In this document: positions 1-14,700 of the stretch, in pieces
How positions within the stretch are numbered: the stretch's first letter is position 1
Layout: each line of letters opens with the position of its first letter
Source: Styela clava
Lineage: Eukaryota
DNA length: 64,000 bases
NCBI RefSeq assembly: GCF_964204865.1
Contig: NC_135262.1
Location: forward strand, 10,168,001-10,232,000
Direction: 5' to 3'
Notes under the pieces: model-generated
What the model was told of the DNA's origin: nothing
Database searches by the model: none
The model's input: the letters and a program-made list of their open reading frames with translations, nothing else
Position numbers and translations under genes: made by a program

Positions 1-264
1 ATTAGTGAGTGATTGCCAGAGTAGAATGACTATTTTGATGTGTTGGTAGACGAGTGGTACTCGAATCGATTTTGAAGTGTGGCGGCTGGCGAGCATGACG
101 ACACTTTTGTCGATTTAGGACATTGCGATAATACGACATTTTTGTATAAGAAAATAGTTCAACAACGGTAGATAACAGAAGGAATGACGATTGTTTTCCA
201 TCATTCAATTGTCCATCAGAAATATATATTGTCGAGTATTTAGACCGTTTATGCAGAGTACAGA

Positions 265-700
265 CAGTACCGCGTTATTGAAATTGCGGTTTCAGGTATG
301 GTAGCGCCCTTATAGTCAATAGATGCCGATTTCTTTGCTATAGTTGACAAAGGATATGCATACATTCATGATATATATATTTGTGTTTCTCTTTTTTGTC
401 AGAGCCAGTGTGGTAATCGAGTAGTAATACATGATACGAACTCAATCGACGTATACCGATGAAGTGTGAAGTGTGGTCACATTGATATTGACTATCGTGA
501 TAGCTAAATGAATAGACGACATTTGTACTGCTTCTCCCTCGAAAATCCGGTTTGGGATTCATATCGTGCCAATACACGGACCAGTAATAGTTCCAGTTTG
601 TAATCGAGATTTAACTCTGTTCGAGACTATGTCTTTACTTCTGTATGCGATGTATTGAATTAATCGAAAGCTCGCATTGAACTGCTCTAGTCTAGACCGA
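265..700 (-). mobile_element. Decayed Penelope-like element, GIY-YIG endonuclease remnant (tentative)
   Basis: Minus-strand translation gives ...NPKPDFRGRSSTNVVYSFSY..CDHTSHFIG.RRLS...HILCQL*QRNRHLLTIRALPYLKPQ. This resembles the Penelope GIY-YIG pattern (NVVY.F.C...C...YIG; IL...RRL.I.EAL.I...KP) but contains stops. Recognised by eye. Confidence 0.4.
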
Positions 701-1145
701 ATGAGTCTATATCGAACGAGTAATATAGTTATTTGGAAAATTTCAGGAGTTGTTTAACGTATTCTAGCTATGTATATATTAAAAGGAAATAGTACTCAAA
801 TAAGTCATACATTATAGCGGAATCACTAAGCTAGATCAATGCAAATTGAAATGTACCGTTTCAAGATAAAATTGCGGTATTTCCCACGGTCGAAGTATTC
901 AGAATTATAGCCGACTCTGTTAGGTTAGGCTAGTATGACAGCTACACATTTTGATGAATAATGAGTTATTAGCACATTTGTTCATAAACAAATTGTTGAA
1001 AATTAATCAGTTGAGCATAGATCAATCCTACGGATTGAAAGATTGTGATAGCAGAATCAATTATATAGATTAAACTTTTCCCCCCATTGAGTAATGTACA
1101 ATATATTTTTATAGTGTTATCATTTAATTGATTAAAAAATAAATA

Positions 1146-4100
1146 ATGTCTTCAGCTAGCTATGACGTTGAACATGCTGGTGGCCCCGGCGATTCAAAGG
1201 TAAGAACATTTCCATTTCTTATATTTAACATACATTCAATAGATCTGTCTTTGACATTCGGAATGGGAGATTTAAATGTGTTCATTCTCATTCTCATTTA
1301 TATATATTGATGTTTTTTTATCATCTTCAACGTAGAGCAAGATGGCATTTAAATTTACCTATAAATCCACTACTCATTCGCACGCAAATTTTCCATCTTC
1401 ATTTACTTAACGAATCCTTCTTATTTTGCAGGATATCTCATGGATCTTTGACAAGGTATGCATTCCTCCGTAAGCGAGATACTGAATTATTTATTCTTCA
1501 TTGATGTGCGTCTTGTCTGTAAGAATAGCCCTTCCACATAGTATAGCGAAACGCAGACTTGAAATCGTTATTTCGAAAATAATTTATGAATAGAATAGAG
1601 ATATTATGGGTTGGCCGTGAATCTGTGCTAGTCTTGATTTGCAACCCAAAATTCCACTTAGGCGTTGCAAAGTTTTGGCAAATGGCCTAATTACAAGAAT
1701 AGCCTGCGTTATATACTAAAATTATTACAAGGAACCAAAATTTATTGTATCGAACTGTTTCAACAAAATATATATAAACACTGTTATCCCCTTTTCTATC
1801 GATAACAGTTTTAAAAAAAATTGTCTATCAACAGCAGAATACAGTAATAATACAGCGCTATTTAACTTGTGAATATGATGATATGAATATGATGATTCGT
1901 GATTCGAAAAATTCCCTGCTTTAAACAATGGCTAATCCACCACAGTTATCGTATTAGTCTTTCTCATATTATTGTCTGGCGATTTTAGTATGCTGGAAGT
2001 GATGGGAGAATTGCTGTGAAACACTTTTTAGAAATTGTTGAAAAATATCGAACTTCATTGTCTGAGGAAACTATAGATAAATTACTTCAGTATACAGACA
2101 AAAACAAGGATGGATATATCACGAAAGAGGAACTCACACAGTTGGTAAGAGACGATGAGTTACCATTCGAAGTATTATGGCACTTCATCTTGAATGAACT
2201 GACGTTATTGTTTGAAATTGTTTATTTATAGTATCGTATGTCATGCATGAAATTTTCTACACATCGATAATGAGCTCACACCTACTCGGAGGATTTGTGA
2301 ATACCCATTATTGGATATTCATAAATAAATACCATTTTGATCACCATTATATATTTTGTATATTGAAAAATCTTAATACAAATTTTATATTTTCTTTACA
2401 AAGTGGGGAGATCATTTTTTTAAGTCCACGCTTCGAAAATATTTCTGGATAATAACTATAGAGCCTGGCACATCTAAATTTCCAGAGATATTATTAGTTT
2501 AGCTTATTTGTAAAATAAATTTGATTGAATTTGTTTTAATAAAGTTTCGCCCTCCTCTGTCGTTTGCCACTTTGAAACAAAGAAAGTATCACAAAAGTAC
2601 AGTACATCGACCTACAGAGAATGGGTGTGACTATTTGTGATGTTACTTGAAAATAAAACCGATACCAATTATGCCTTAGCTGAGCACCGGGTTTATCGAA
2701 AGATGTCTAACTAGTTCAACAGAATACTATGCTGGGGCTCAATATGCGGATAAATAGCTAAACTTTCGGGTAAAATATCAAGCCACGTAGGAAATTTGAA
2801 AAAAATATATTAACAGTAAAAGCTTTCGAGTGACCTTCATCTTGAAGAACTAATTTGTAATAAATCGGCACATTAGTTTTGAATTATTAGCAATTAGCAG
2901 TTTTCCTCACAATAACAAGTTAGCAAAACGACCCACACCTTGTCCATTAATCTAATTTTGAAATACTGTATTCATAATAGCAATCAGAAAACGTTCATTC
3001 CGTGGCTCGAAAAACTGGAGTTGATGTGAAGGAACTAAACACGTTCAATAAAGGAGTGAAAGCAGTTGGAAATTTCGTGTTATTGAATGATGAAGATAAG
3101 GAATTATATTATGAGCATTACAGTTGCTGTCCTCCACCTCTTTTCATGATATTAGTCAGCGTTGCTGAGGTTTGTGATACGAATGGATTCTTACATATTA
3201 GCTTGTTGTATAGGGGGTATAGGGGGTGTTGCGTACCTAGCTATGTATAAAACTTGATTTTATTTTAATAATTATATTTATAGTATGTTTACAAAATAAG
3301 GCTCTAGATATCAATCAAAACATAAGAATTCATTGGCTTTCAAATGAAATCTTTGCCGTTTGTGAACTTAGTGATACGACTTGCCCAATTTATCGTAGCC
3401 TGAGTAAGGCGGTGGGCTTTTTCTTTTTTGCAGTTATAATCAACGTAATTTGTCATTCTAGGTATTAAAAAATTGATTTTGTTACGCATTAATGTTTTCG
3501 TGACCTTTGTCTACTGAACAAGTTGTTCTACGTCAAAATACATCAGGATATCATTTGGCTCAAATCAGAAATCTAGCCTTATTTAGCTAAATAAGAATCT
3601 GAATTATAAAGTATGACCTCAAATTCGGTTTATTTCGAAATAATATCTGCTGCACCAAAATCTCTTTCTTACGATAGTTTGGAGACGTTTTGCACAATAA
3701 GCAATAGTTTTCGACGAGATTCGGTTGAAACCCGGGTGTTTTAAATCAGTACACTAATGCAAAATTAGACTTTATGCTAGATTTCAATTCTATAGTTGGC
3801 TTTAACAAATGTTATATTGCTAGCTATGTTGGTTTATTTACAATGTTTTAGTCAATTTATCCAAGCTAACTGAAACTACATCTCCCGTTTTACTTTTTAG
3901 CGATTCACTTTTTTGTTTTTCGAATCCCAGATCGCAGTTTATATATACTATGGCGTGACTCTCGGGGAATGGTTGACATACCATAGAGATTTATTACAAA
4001 GCCCTCTTGTGTTTGATCCTTCGAAAAGAGAACAAGCTTGGCGTTTCTTTTCTTATATGCTGACACATGCTGGGTAAGAGATTTTCTAATGTTACTTTAC

Positions 4101-5827
4101 ATTGATAACAAATTGCTAATGAATTTTTCAAAATTATAGATGAAAATTTATATATCAGTAAAAACTCATATTTAGTTTCTGAAAAAATAGGCTAACTGGT
4201 TTTGTAGGAGTTGGTTTCAGCTCTCGTGTCAACTAGCATCTCTGTCGCAAGAAAAACTGCCACTAAAATCAGCGATTGTTAATATCAGTTACAACTGTCA
4301 ATATTTCGTAAAATACTTTATTGTATTGTATGCTAATAATTTTTATCTTCAGGTTGGAACATGTCGGTTTTAACGTCTTTGTACAACTGATCTTAGGAGT
4401 ACCTTTGGAGATGGTCCACGGTCCACTGCGAATCTCAGCAGTATACATGGCTGGAGTTATAGCAGGTATTAGAATTTTCCAGCGTTATATCATTTATTTT
4501 AACTTTTTAGACTCGTTTTTTTATGGGATCAGTGGTTAAGAAGGTTAACATATACCTCCATTATCAATCACACACTTCATCACAATTTATTATTCAATAT
4601 CACAATTCATTAATTCCATTATCAAACTTGTTGAACACGAAGTGAACATATGTTAAGATCGTTTTTTATCATGTTGTTGTTCATCTTTTTAGTATTTTTT
4701 CCATTTCCTCATCTTGTGAAAAAAATCTGCTTTTCTCATAAACTATTGAACCAATTGCTTTGAAATTTTTAATGGTTCAAAAATGACTTACTTTTTCTAA
4801 AAGACTTACTTTTATTTGTTTCAAATATTTCTGTGGGCTCTATGGGATTCAGTTTTTGTGAGCGGTGATGTCATCAAAACGAAATGTTATATTTTAATAG
4901 CACAAGGCAAAATTTGACTTTTTGTTTATGCATTGATTATCCTGCAAAAAATAATGATATTCTTTCTATCCTCTTGTTTTCGTGTTTAATATTTTTAGAA
5001 AACGTGCAAGAAGAATAAGAGAAATTTTTGTATTTTTGAACTATTTTTTTAGGTTCTCTCGCGTCGTCCATTTTCGATCCATACACTATACTAGTCGGTG
5101 CTAGTGGAGGAGTGTACGCTATGTTTACAGCCCATCTAGCCAACGTTATTCTTGTGAGTAAAACTCTTGTTGTTGCATTGATTTTCTTCAGTTTTTTGGA
5201 TAAATCAAAAATGTATTATTATTTTTTCAACAGAATGGCGATGTTATGCATAAGGTGTCCAGTCTACTCAGGACATTCTTTGTTCTATTCATACGTAAGT
5301 ATCATCATTATTATTGAATAAACAAGAACAACAATAAAGATACATATGGACATTTCGTGCCCGAAAAAAACACGAAAATTCATTGATAGCGAAGTTCTAA
5401 GGCTTATTTTCACATGCGAAATTAGTAATATAACAATTGTTCATTTTAAGTTTCGGCAACTTATAGATTCTGCAGTTTTACTTTATGATATATTAATTAT
5501 TAATTTCCCACTGAAATTTTCAAATTAGAGAACAGTCAAATAATATCGATATTTACTGTCAATATGAAACTTTTGTTTTCAGTGTGTTTCGATTTCGGAT
5601 ACTCCATTTATCGAAGATTTGACAGTTCCAGTGGCGGCGCTAAAGTTTCTTTTGTTGCACACGTCGCGGGAGCTTTAGCTGGACTAACAATGGGTCTTAT
5701 AGTTTTGAAAAACTTCAGGAAATCACTCACTGATAAAATCGTGTTCTGGGTTGCTGTTGCTGTTTATATCGCTCTTATGGTATTTGCCATATTTTGGAAC
5801 ATATTTTGGCCTGGCTATGATTTATAA
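1146..5827 (+). CDS. Rhomboid-like intramembrane serine protease with N-terminal EF-hands (RHBDL1/2/3 or rhomboid-4 type), ~361 aa, 9 coding exons
   Basis: In-frame exons 1146-1199, 1432-1455, 1989-2144, 2981-3169, 3931-4073, 4353-4465, 5053-5153, 5234-5294, 5583-5827, all GT-AG. Motifs: EF loop [13 protein letters not shown]; [10 protein letters not shown]; [12 protein letters not shown]; HVGFN; catalytic GASGG; catalytic His in AHVAG. Confidence 0.93.
4628..4830 (+). repeat. Dispersed repeat family A, partial copy (non-autonomous Helentron/DINE-like, tentative)
   Basis: Shares GATCGTTT..ATGTTGTTGTTC...GCTTTTCTC...ACCAATTGCTTTGAAATTTT with 39780-40201 and, inverted, with 14343-14635. Confidence 0.65.
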
Positions 5828-7499
5828 CATTAATATTTGTTTTATGATGCCATTGAGATTGTTCGGCAGATATTATTGAAAAGCGAAATTCTTCAATTCG
5901 TCGCTGCATATGGGACAACTAGTTAACTGCTCTTGAAGTAGTTTTATTTTGAAAAATCAAATGATAATAGCATATGAAATTGGCTAATGAAGATCTACGG
6001 CGCAATTTCTACAAATGCTATTCTCAAGTTCTATTCTTATCACTGAAAGTTGCTATAGTTCAATAAATGCGTAGTCACCCGTTCATCATACCATTTATCA
6101 AGCATACTTTTATATAGATGGCAACCATGACACGGACAGCGTCCTATTTGATTTCTTAGATTGATCATGGTTATGCACGACTAAGATGTTTTCAACGTAA
6201 ATAATATTTTGAATTGCCGTAGACAAAAGTTTCTGTATAGTATGTAGTAGTATTTTTCATATTCAAGTTGATTTTTGTTCGAGTGTCGGAAAACGAATGA
6301 AAAATACTATCAATTTGGATATTCTCGTGGTAATCAATGACCTTGTGTATTTTAGGTTTACAAAAATTATTTTACGTGCCTAGAAGCCCATTGTGTTCTA
6401 CAAACTTGGTTAACCCAAACTTTTTTATCATTGTGATTTTCTCATGTGATCCATATGTTTTGTTCCGCTTCCAATTTAGAATAGACATTTTCGCGTATGG
6501 TTTCAAGTTTCAGGGCAAATCTATACCGAGATATCCATAGATTTAGTCATTTTTTTAAACAAGTGGGTCTATTAGATTCTTTTGGTTGTTTTGACCGATA
6601 TTGATATATTTAAAACAGTGGACCATTGACAGCGAGATGTAGTTGAAGCTCCGCTCTATACACCGTGTGTAATGAATGATGCCATCTAACTTGACAGACT
6701 CGTGATATTTAAAACATCGATATTACGTAGAGCCTAGCTATAGTTTAGTGCAGAGATGGCGAACCACTTGCCCGTTGGTCACGATGCAATTTGTCGTTAT
6801 TGTGAAAAAACGTGTTAACATTTTGCGGATGAAAAGTTTTGTAATGGGGTCTGCTTTAATTCCATCTGCCAATAAATAAACTACCACTGGGGCTGCGTTC
6901 TATATCTGCTCGCCGCAATGCTGTCACGACGTGTTGAAATTAAAAATACAATTTATCCTATTGTTCCTTTCTAGCGTCGTCTACCTAAGAGTAACACCAT
7001 CTATTTGAGGCGATTACTTCGTTTAGGATATAGAATGTTAGTCGGGATGTTGGAGCTAAATGTCGCTGTAAGGACTGCGGTTCTATTTCGGAAGATCGTG
7101 TACAGTTAACTTCGGGAATCTCAAATTACCAAAGTTTAAATGATCAATTTCAATTTGAAAATGATCAACGAAATTAAAGACTCAAACCAGAGCCTGTAGA
7201 AAACTGTAATAATAAAAAAACATATGATAGTGACTTTGATGTGGTTGAAAAATGAGCAGCAAATATAATTATGGCAAAGCACAATTTACCCTCGAACTTT
7301 CCTGCCTCCGCGAAAAAACTTTTCATTGCGCTGTGATCTTTATCGGTTTCCAGTTCTTTCTGTTCATGCTAATCCATGTTTTCACAGATGAATTTCATAA
7401 AATCGAGCACCAGGAATCAACTCAGTCCTGGTATAAATGCTGCATGATTTAGTTTAAAACTACATAATTCTAACGTATAGTATTATATATATATATATA

Positions 7500-8300
7500 T
7501 GACTTGTGATAAATATCAAAAGGTTTCTCTTTAATGATACTGAGTAAATCAGTGACCCATCTTGCACAATATAAATGCCATTCAGGAAAGAGAGTCGCCA
7601 TTTTATAAAGAAGATAAACAGATGAAGTCTGTTTAAAACTTTTCACAGCGCAATTTACCATGTCTTCCACTTTGTAAAGATTAATAATTTTGGATATTTA
7701 TGATACACAATCTGAATTGAATACAGATTCTTGAGCTTTATTTGTAGTTATTTTCTAACAAAAGAGATTAAAATTTGTGATATCGATAATTAAGCTTTGA
7801 TACACCCTAACAAACTTTAATTCTGATTCACTAATTCAGGATTTCACCACCCATGACTTAACAAAAATGCATTCAGACAGGATAGTTGCAAGAGGTTTGG
7901 TACCAAAAAAGTAAGAAGATTGCCTCATCATTAAACTAAAGACACCTTCAGGTGTGCAAAGCAAAAAACCGATTTGAAATTCATTATATGATTGATTACT
8001 CTCCTGAAATAAAAACCCATTATCCTGGTATGTGAGAGTAAATGTAATGTGTCTTTTTTATAAAAATATCATTGATGAACTCTTTGGAATATTTATGTAG
8101 ACTAATAAGATATAGGTCTGAGTTTATGACGTTTTGTGAGAGTTCATGTATCTCATCAGCAAGGTTCGTTATTTGTAATCTACTGGGATTGAGTGGATAG
8201 CCATGAAGATCCAATGCCTGACGATTTGATTCACCAAACGCAACCTAACATCCCAGTTATAGTCAAGTTTATTTTTTCCAATCAGTAAAATAATGAATGA
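7500..8300 (-). pseudogene. Highly decayed protein kinase (RIPK/TKL-like) remnant (tentative)
   Basis: Frameshifted minus-strand segments WDVRLRLVNQIV / LDLHG (subdomain VIa W..RL....QI....YLH), LQITNL, and YSKEFINDIFIKKTHYIYS (degenerate Y.APE...DVYS). Many stops. Confidence 0.3.
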
Positions 8301-8759
8301 TGCAAAAAATAAGCAAAAATTCAAGAACATAATTTTACTGGGGAATTTTACAGTTATTGCTATAGTAAGGGCCAAAGTTACTTAATATATTTATATATCC
8401 AAACTTTTCTCGCCTAATCGTTTAGTGAACTATTCCTACCTGGTATTATATCGCCCGGGGCGATCTTTCTCTTATAGCGAAAAGCGTTCCACGTATTTCA
8501 CAACTCTTCATTGTTGTTATCCTTCGCGAGAATTAGACAGCTTGGGTACTAACAGTAGTCAAATTAGATTTAGCTTAGATGTAGACAAATCTGTAATAGC
8601 TATAGATTATAGCAATATCAGTATGCTTTTAAATTACATATTTTAGATTAGAGCCTAATTCAAATCGTCTATGTCCATTTTTTATTTACGCTAGAAACAA
8701 ATAAATTAGAAACACTATGGAATTTTAAGTAACAGTAGTGTTACAATAAATTATTCTCC

Positions 8760-11700
8760 ATGGCGAATAATAAAATGAAGAATGGAGTCGGGATGTTGTA
8801 CGCTTCGCTTATCATTTTGTTGGCGTGGATAAATAGCAGCGACGCACAAGCAAGTAAGTAAACTAATATATAGAGAAAAAAATTTCGTATTCCGAAATAA
8901 TATTTTGTCTATATTTATTATTCCTATTTTGTGTGTAGACTGTGGCATTCCGTAATTTTTGTAGAAAACATGATATATTTAACTTTGACTAATACAAAAA
9001 ATATGATACTGTACGGTAACGATAATGATGCTACGACTAAAATACATAGGTCAAGATTCAGCGCTATTTGATTGTTCATTGATATTACCAAAAAACTTAT
9101 TTATATGAATATTATATTTTGTGCTTCACAGACTATTGCAATGTTAATGGAGTTACCCACCAAGTTGGAGAAACATGGACTACTGCTACTGGAAATGACA
9201 GATTAAAAAAGTGTACTTGTACGAGAAGGGGACAATGGAACTGCTTTTACGCGAGTAAGTATGACTACATATGGAAGATTCGTTGAAACTATTTATCGAT
9301 ATTTGTACCGTGAATATACCGAATTGCTACTTATAATAGTCGACGTAGTTTATACGAGTACAATTTTACAACGATTTATTGTTTTTTCGACCAAAAAGTT
9401 ATCGATAATGGGTTTTTAAAATGCACTATTACCAGCGATGCTGCCAGTGCTTGCAGTCGCATATTTTATTCTGACGAGCAACGCAGCAGCCAGCAATGTT
9501 GCATATTTTTTCACTATAATTCTTTATTTTTCAGGGGAAGATGCTTTGATGGTAGTTGCAGACGTTACAAACATAGCTAAAGTAAAGCTCAGCAACGCTG
9601 CCGGATTTACTACTTCTTTTATTCGAGTGAGTACCCTTCAGTATCAGAATTTTATTCCTCTTTTATTATTTGCATTGATTTATTGAATGATATGTGTTTT
9701 ATTTAGGATTTACCTGGTCGCACTGTTGCTGTTGATGTTGATATTGAAAGTGACACAATTTACTGGACTGATGTCAGTTATAAAGGACGTGGAATTTATA
9801 AAGCAACATTTTCCAATGGTCATAATCCTAGAAGAATTATAACGGAAGGTAATTATGGATTTATAAAATATATGAATATACGAACGAAGATAACATGCAT
9901 TTTTATAATTATTTCAATTCATTTTCCGTGCAGATGTTTACGAACCCAATGGAATAGCAGTTGATTGGTTGGCTAAAAATGTTTATTGGACTGACGCACA
10001 AATGAGATCTATCTATGTTGCTAAAGAAAATGGACAACATAAAACTCTGGTCGTCGGAGGTTTATCAGAACCAAGAGGAATTGTTGTACTGCCGTTACAC
10101 GGGTAGGTCTAAGTCATAAAATGAAACGTTGTTTATCGTCATTCAAATATACAAGCTGATATTTTGTATTGGAAAACTAACTTTGCCGAATTCTATACTA
10201 ATATCCTTTTTTAGCATCATGTTCTGGTCAGATCAAGAAGACGGTACGATAGAAACTGCCGCTATGGATGGCAGTAATAGGAAAGTAGTCATAGGTGGAC
10301 TGGGATGGCCAAACGAAATTGCGGTGGATGTGACAAGGACGTGAGTTGGGTCCAACACTGTTTGTTGTTTATGTACATCATTCCAAAACAAGCATCATAA
10401 ATATTCTCATTTTGCAGTAAAATATATTGGATAGATGGAAAGAAGCGAACGATAGAATCGTGTAACTTTGACGGAACTTCCTGGAAGAAAATTCTTGACT
10501 TTGCTATTACATTTGACAGTCCTGGATACGGTCTTTCACTCTTTGGAGGAAGATTGTATTTCTCGTAAGTGAAAGAATTTGTGCTGTTGCTCGTTTATTG
10601 GCTCCGAAAATAAGATTTAAGTTTAAGAAATTTATATGTTCAATATTTATTTTATGAAAGATAGCAGTACCAAGATTCAAGAGAAGTGAAATTCTATGTA
10701 AAATTCCGAAACTATTTCTCACGCAAGCAGTCAGAATCGAATCTCCGATCTATCTTATTGTGTGATTTGGAAATACACCAAATTTGTAACAAAACGTATT
10801 CACTATCGGTTAATAATACAATGGACTAAATTACAATCACATTAGTTATCCAATATCCGATACAGTTGTTTAGGTATCTTTATCTATGTTCTTTTTTTTA
10901 TTTTTTTAAAAATCATTTCTAGAATATGGAGAGAAAAAGCTGTCTATTCTGTCACGGTGCTTGGGCAAGATCTGAAGCAAGTTGTTTCAGGTTTAAACGA
11001 AAACCTTGCAGGCATCGCCATTATTAATAGAGATATGCAGCAAGCGCCTATTTGTAAGTAGTTCAAATATAATAGTAAAATTACATCCTGTAAGCTCTGA
11101 ATATATCTTACTACCTATATGGTATGAAATAATTGACATCATAGAATCCTACTTACCGAATAGTGAATCCACACTTTATTTAATTTATGTGACGTCATTA
11201 ACAACGTAATAGATGTTAAGTGACGTAATAATATATTATTTCATCCAATTGAAATTATATTTTTAACGTGAATCAGTGCTTTAAAATATTAACGAGTTAT
11301 TTCACTAAATTAATTAATTTCTTTTTTGATTTATCATCTTCTTATTACAGCAAACAGTATGGGACTTTGTCGAAGACATAGATCTCCATGCAGTCATATT
11401 TGTCTCCCAAAATCACGAGGATCATATAGTTGTGCATGCCCGGAAAAAACTGGAATGGTGTTATCTCAAGACCAACACACTTGTAAAGGTATATATGACA
11501 AAATATATTAAATGATGAACAATAAAATAAAATTTAATGCTGTGCAGACGTAAAATCATATTCTATTTCAAGACCGTAATATCTTCTGATTTGAGATCGC
11601 TATTAGTGAATATTTTTAATTTTATTTCATATAATTATTGAATTTATAAGCCTACTTTTAGTTCCTAACAAGATACTTTTATATTGAATGTTTAGTGCAA

Positions 11701-14700
11701 TTCAACATATAATCAACTATTGGAAATAGTCAGTATGCAACTATATTGCAGAAAACATAAATAAATTTTCAACACGTCGTATTACCCTAATTACAGTGCC
11801 CGAAGAGTTTATTCTATTCACTTCTGTACACGATGGATCCATTATGATTGCTTCAAAAGAATTCGGTACAAAACCGAATCCGGTTTTATTGACTCATGCT
11901 ACACAACCATCCGGAATAGACTACGATCCCATAGACAAGGTACGGATTCGATATATGCCTCAGTATGTGCAAACGCGCAGTCGTTAGTTTGCAAAGATTA
12001 AATTGGCTAAATTGAACCACGCAGATCCACTTTAATTTCAACTATGTGAGATAATTTATGAATTTCAATTACTGGCGATTATCAAAAATCCTGGGATGGC
12101 CCAATTATCGATAGATGTAAGTTGTTATTGTGCGTCGTTTTCTAAAATCTAAATCCAGATGTAACGACCCTTGATAAAGAAATGTAAGTCACCAATCTTG
12201 TTCTGTAACGAAATTTTATCTTACTTGTGACTTGTGAAAATCCGAGATAATAATAATTAACAAGTGAAAGCGACTATTGCTTAGAGAAACTTTGGGGTTT
12301 CCAATCTTTGTATATGCGGTAAAATATACCGAACGTTTTATTCTTTCCTGTCAATGTAACTTGCGAATTCGCAGAAGTTGTTCAAACTGTTAATTGCAGA
12401 TAACAAGTGCAACAAACTATTCCTATCGAATCATAAAAAACATTTAAAAAAAATGCAAACTTCCAAATTTTAGATGATGTATTGGAGCGATGTTGCAACA
12501 AACGCCATTTATCGAATGAGATTAAATGGGACTGGATATGATGTGTTCCTTGAAGACGGAATCGGAATCGTAGACGGTCAGATTCACTATAAATTTTGTA
12601 TAAGTCCTAGTAGGGGAGAGGGCTATTCAAATGGCAATTAGGACTATATAGCCATCCTTACACACTACTCCTAATTTGACCACTGTGCTTCTAATTTGTA
12701 TTGTAACAGTATTGAGTGTGACACATATAAGGAAACAATAGTTTAATAAAATCAAGCACATGTACTCCAAACTTTGTTGGAAATGAAAAACTTTACGTTG
12801 CAGTTTTACGAGGCTTTACCGGTAACTTGAACATTTATTGTCTGTCGTTTGTGTCATCTGGTTTTCTAGAATACCCTTAGGGTATAATGACTTAGTCTTA
12901 TCTTAGCAACATGAAAACTAGTTTGGTAACATGTCTACGAAAATAATTAAGAAGTTAGGTAAGATTTCCCGTGGTGTTATATGAAGCTTAATAAGTTATT
13001 AATTATTAAAATAACCGATTTTATATAATAACTGCTACTATATACTATGTGGACATAGGTTGCTCCCGTATTAAATCAGTATGTTGGCGTTTCAATACAG
13101 ATGGAAGTTGTATACCCAAATACAGAATTGTAGAGAAACACGTAAAAAAACTAAAAATCAAAATCTTTTTATATTATTTAGATAGTTGTGTACTCATTTT
13201 GACTGTGTTGGCATATACTCGACACAACACCGCGATCTAACTGTGAAATAATCGTAACATGTACTATATTTCCAATTAGAAATGGTAACATCTTGATGAG
13301 CTTGTGTTACGCCCGAACAGGCTTGATCTGGGGAAAAAGATAAGCATTGTATATTATAAGCCATCACAATCCATTCCGGATCAAAAATGATGTACGAATT
13401 ACTTGCATTTAGGTATCACACTAAACAACTTTGTTCTTATTATCCATGCTTCCATTATCTTAACAGGTATAGTCGTTGACTGGGTGAATCGACATCTTTA
13501 TTTTACAAATTATGGCTGGGAAGCACAAGATAAACAATTCGGACGAATTGAATTTATTCGGCTTGATGGTACTGGCCGTAAGGTATTAGTCCAACAAGGT
13601 TTAGACAGGCCGAGGGATATTGTTATTGATCAAGAAAGAGGGTGAGTACGATTAATGCGTTCAAGTTCAACTAAAGTGGGTTTGAACCCCATCCAAGCCA
13701 GCTCTCCCGGTGTGTAATAAATAATTTCTGGTTAAAATGGTTTATTAATAAGTTCAAGTTCTTGTGCCATTAGGAAGCAAATATATTATGTAAATATATT
13801 TTACGTAGATGGCTACCAATATTTTTGTTCATATTTATCTTCATTCGCAGATTTTTGTATTACTCTGACTGGGGAGTGGACGCAAAGGTTGTTCGCCTTG
13901 ATTTAGACGGTCGGAATCCCCATCTCGTCCCTGTTGTCGTGGAAAATCCTAACGGACTCGCACTCGATGACGCGATTCTTTTTGTTACCGATTCTCACCG
14001 CAAGAGTGCGCTAGTGGAAGTGAATGGAACTATCATTTATGGAAGACCACCTTCGTTAATCAAATATGATACTGCTTTGGATAAATTAGAAGAGAATATG
14101 GACTTGGAATTTGAGGTATATTTTAATTACGGTTTGATATATTTGATAGGAAAGCCTATAAGATGGATTAATCATAAGACAAACTATGGTCTCTCATGAA
14201 GTAAAAGCGTTCCGTGACAGGGAAGTTGAATCAGCTATATTTACCATCCCACTATCTGATCCAAAAATGATAACAAATATTTCAACTCCCATCAATTTTA
14301 CAAAAAATTAGATTTTTGCTACAGCTTTATACTCTAAAAAAAACAAGAGAGCGATGCTTAAATATACGGACACAAAGGCAAAACGAAGTAAAATCATATA
14401 TATATATGCAATCTTTCACGGTAGACTATCGGTACCGCAGTTTTAACGACTTTTTCTGAGCACGAGATCCGCCGACTAGCCTTCTAGCAACAAACAAAAT
14501 CTATAACCATTTCAAATTTTAAGGCAATTGGTCTAGTAGTTGATGAAAAAATAGATTTTTTCACAAAAAAAGAAAGAAATAAAAACAACAACATGAAAAA
14601 AAACGATCCATATGTACATTTCGTGTCCAATAACAAATTCACGTTATCACATAAAAAATTCAGGGCACGGGTCAAACTCCTTTGGGGTGTTATTTTATTA

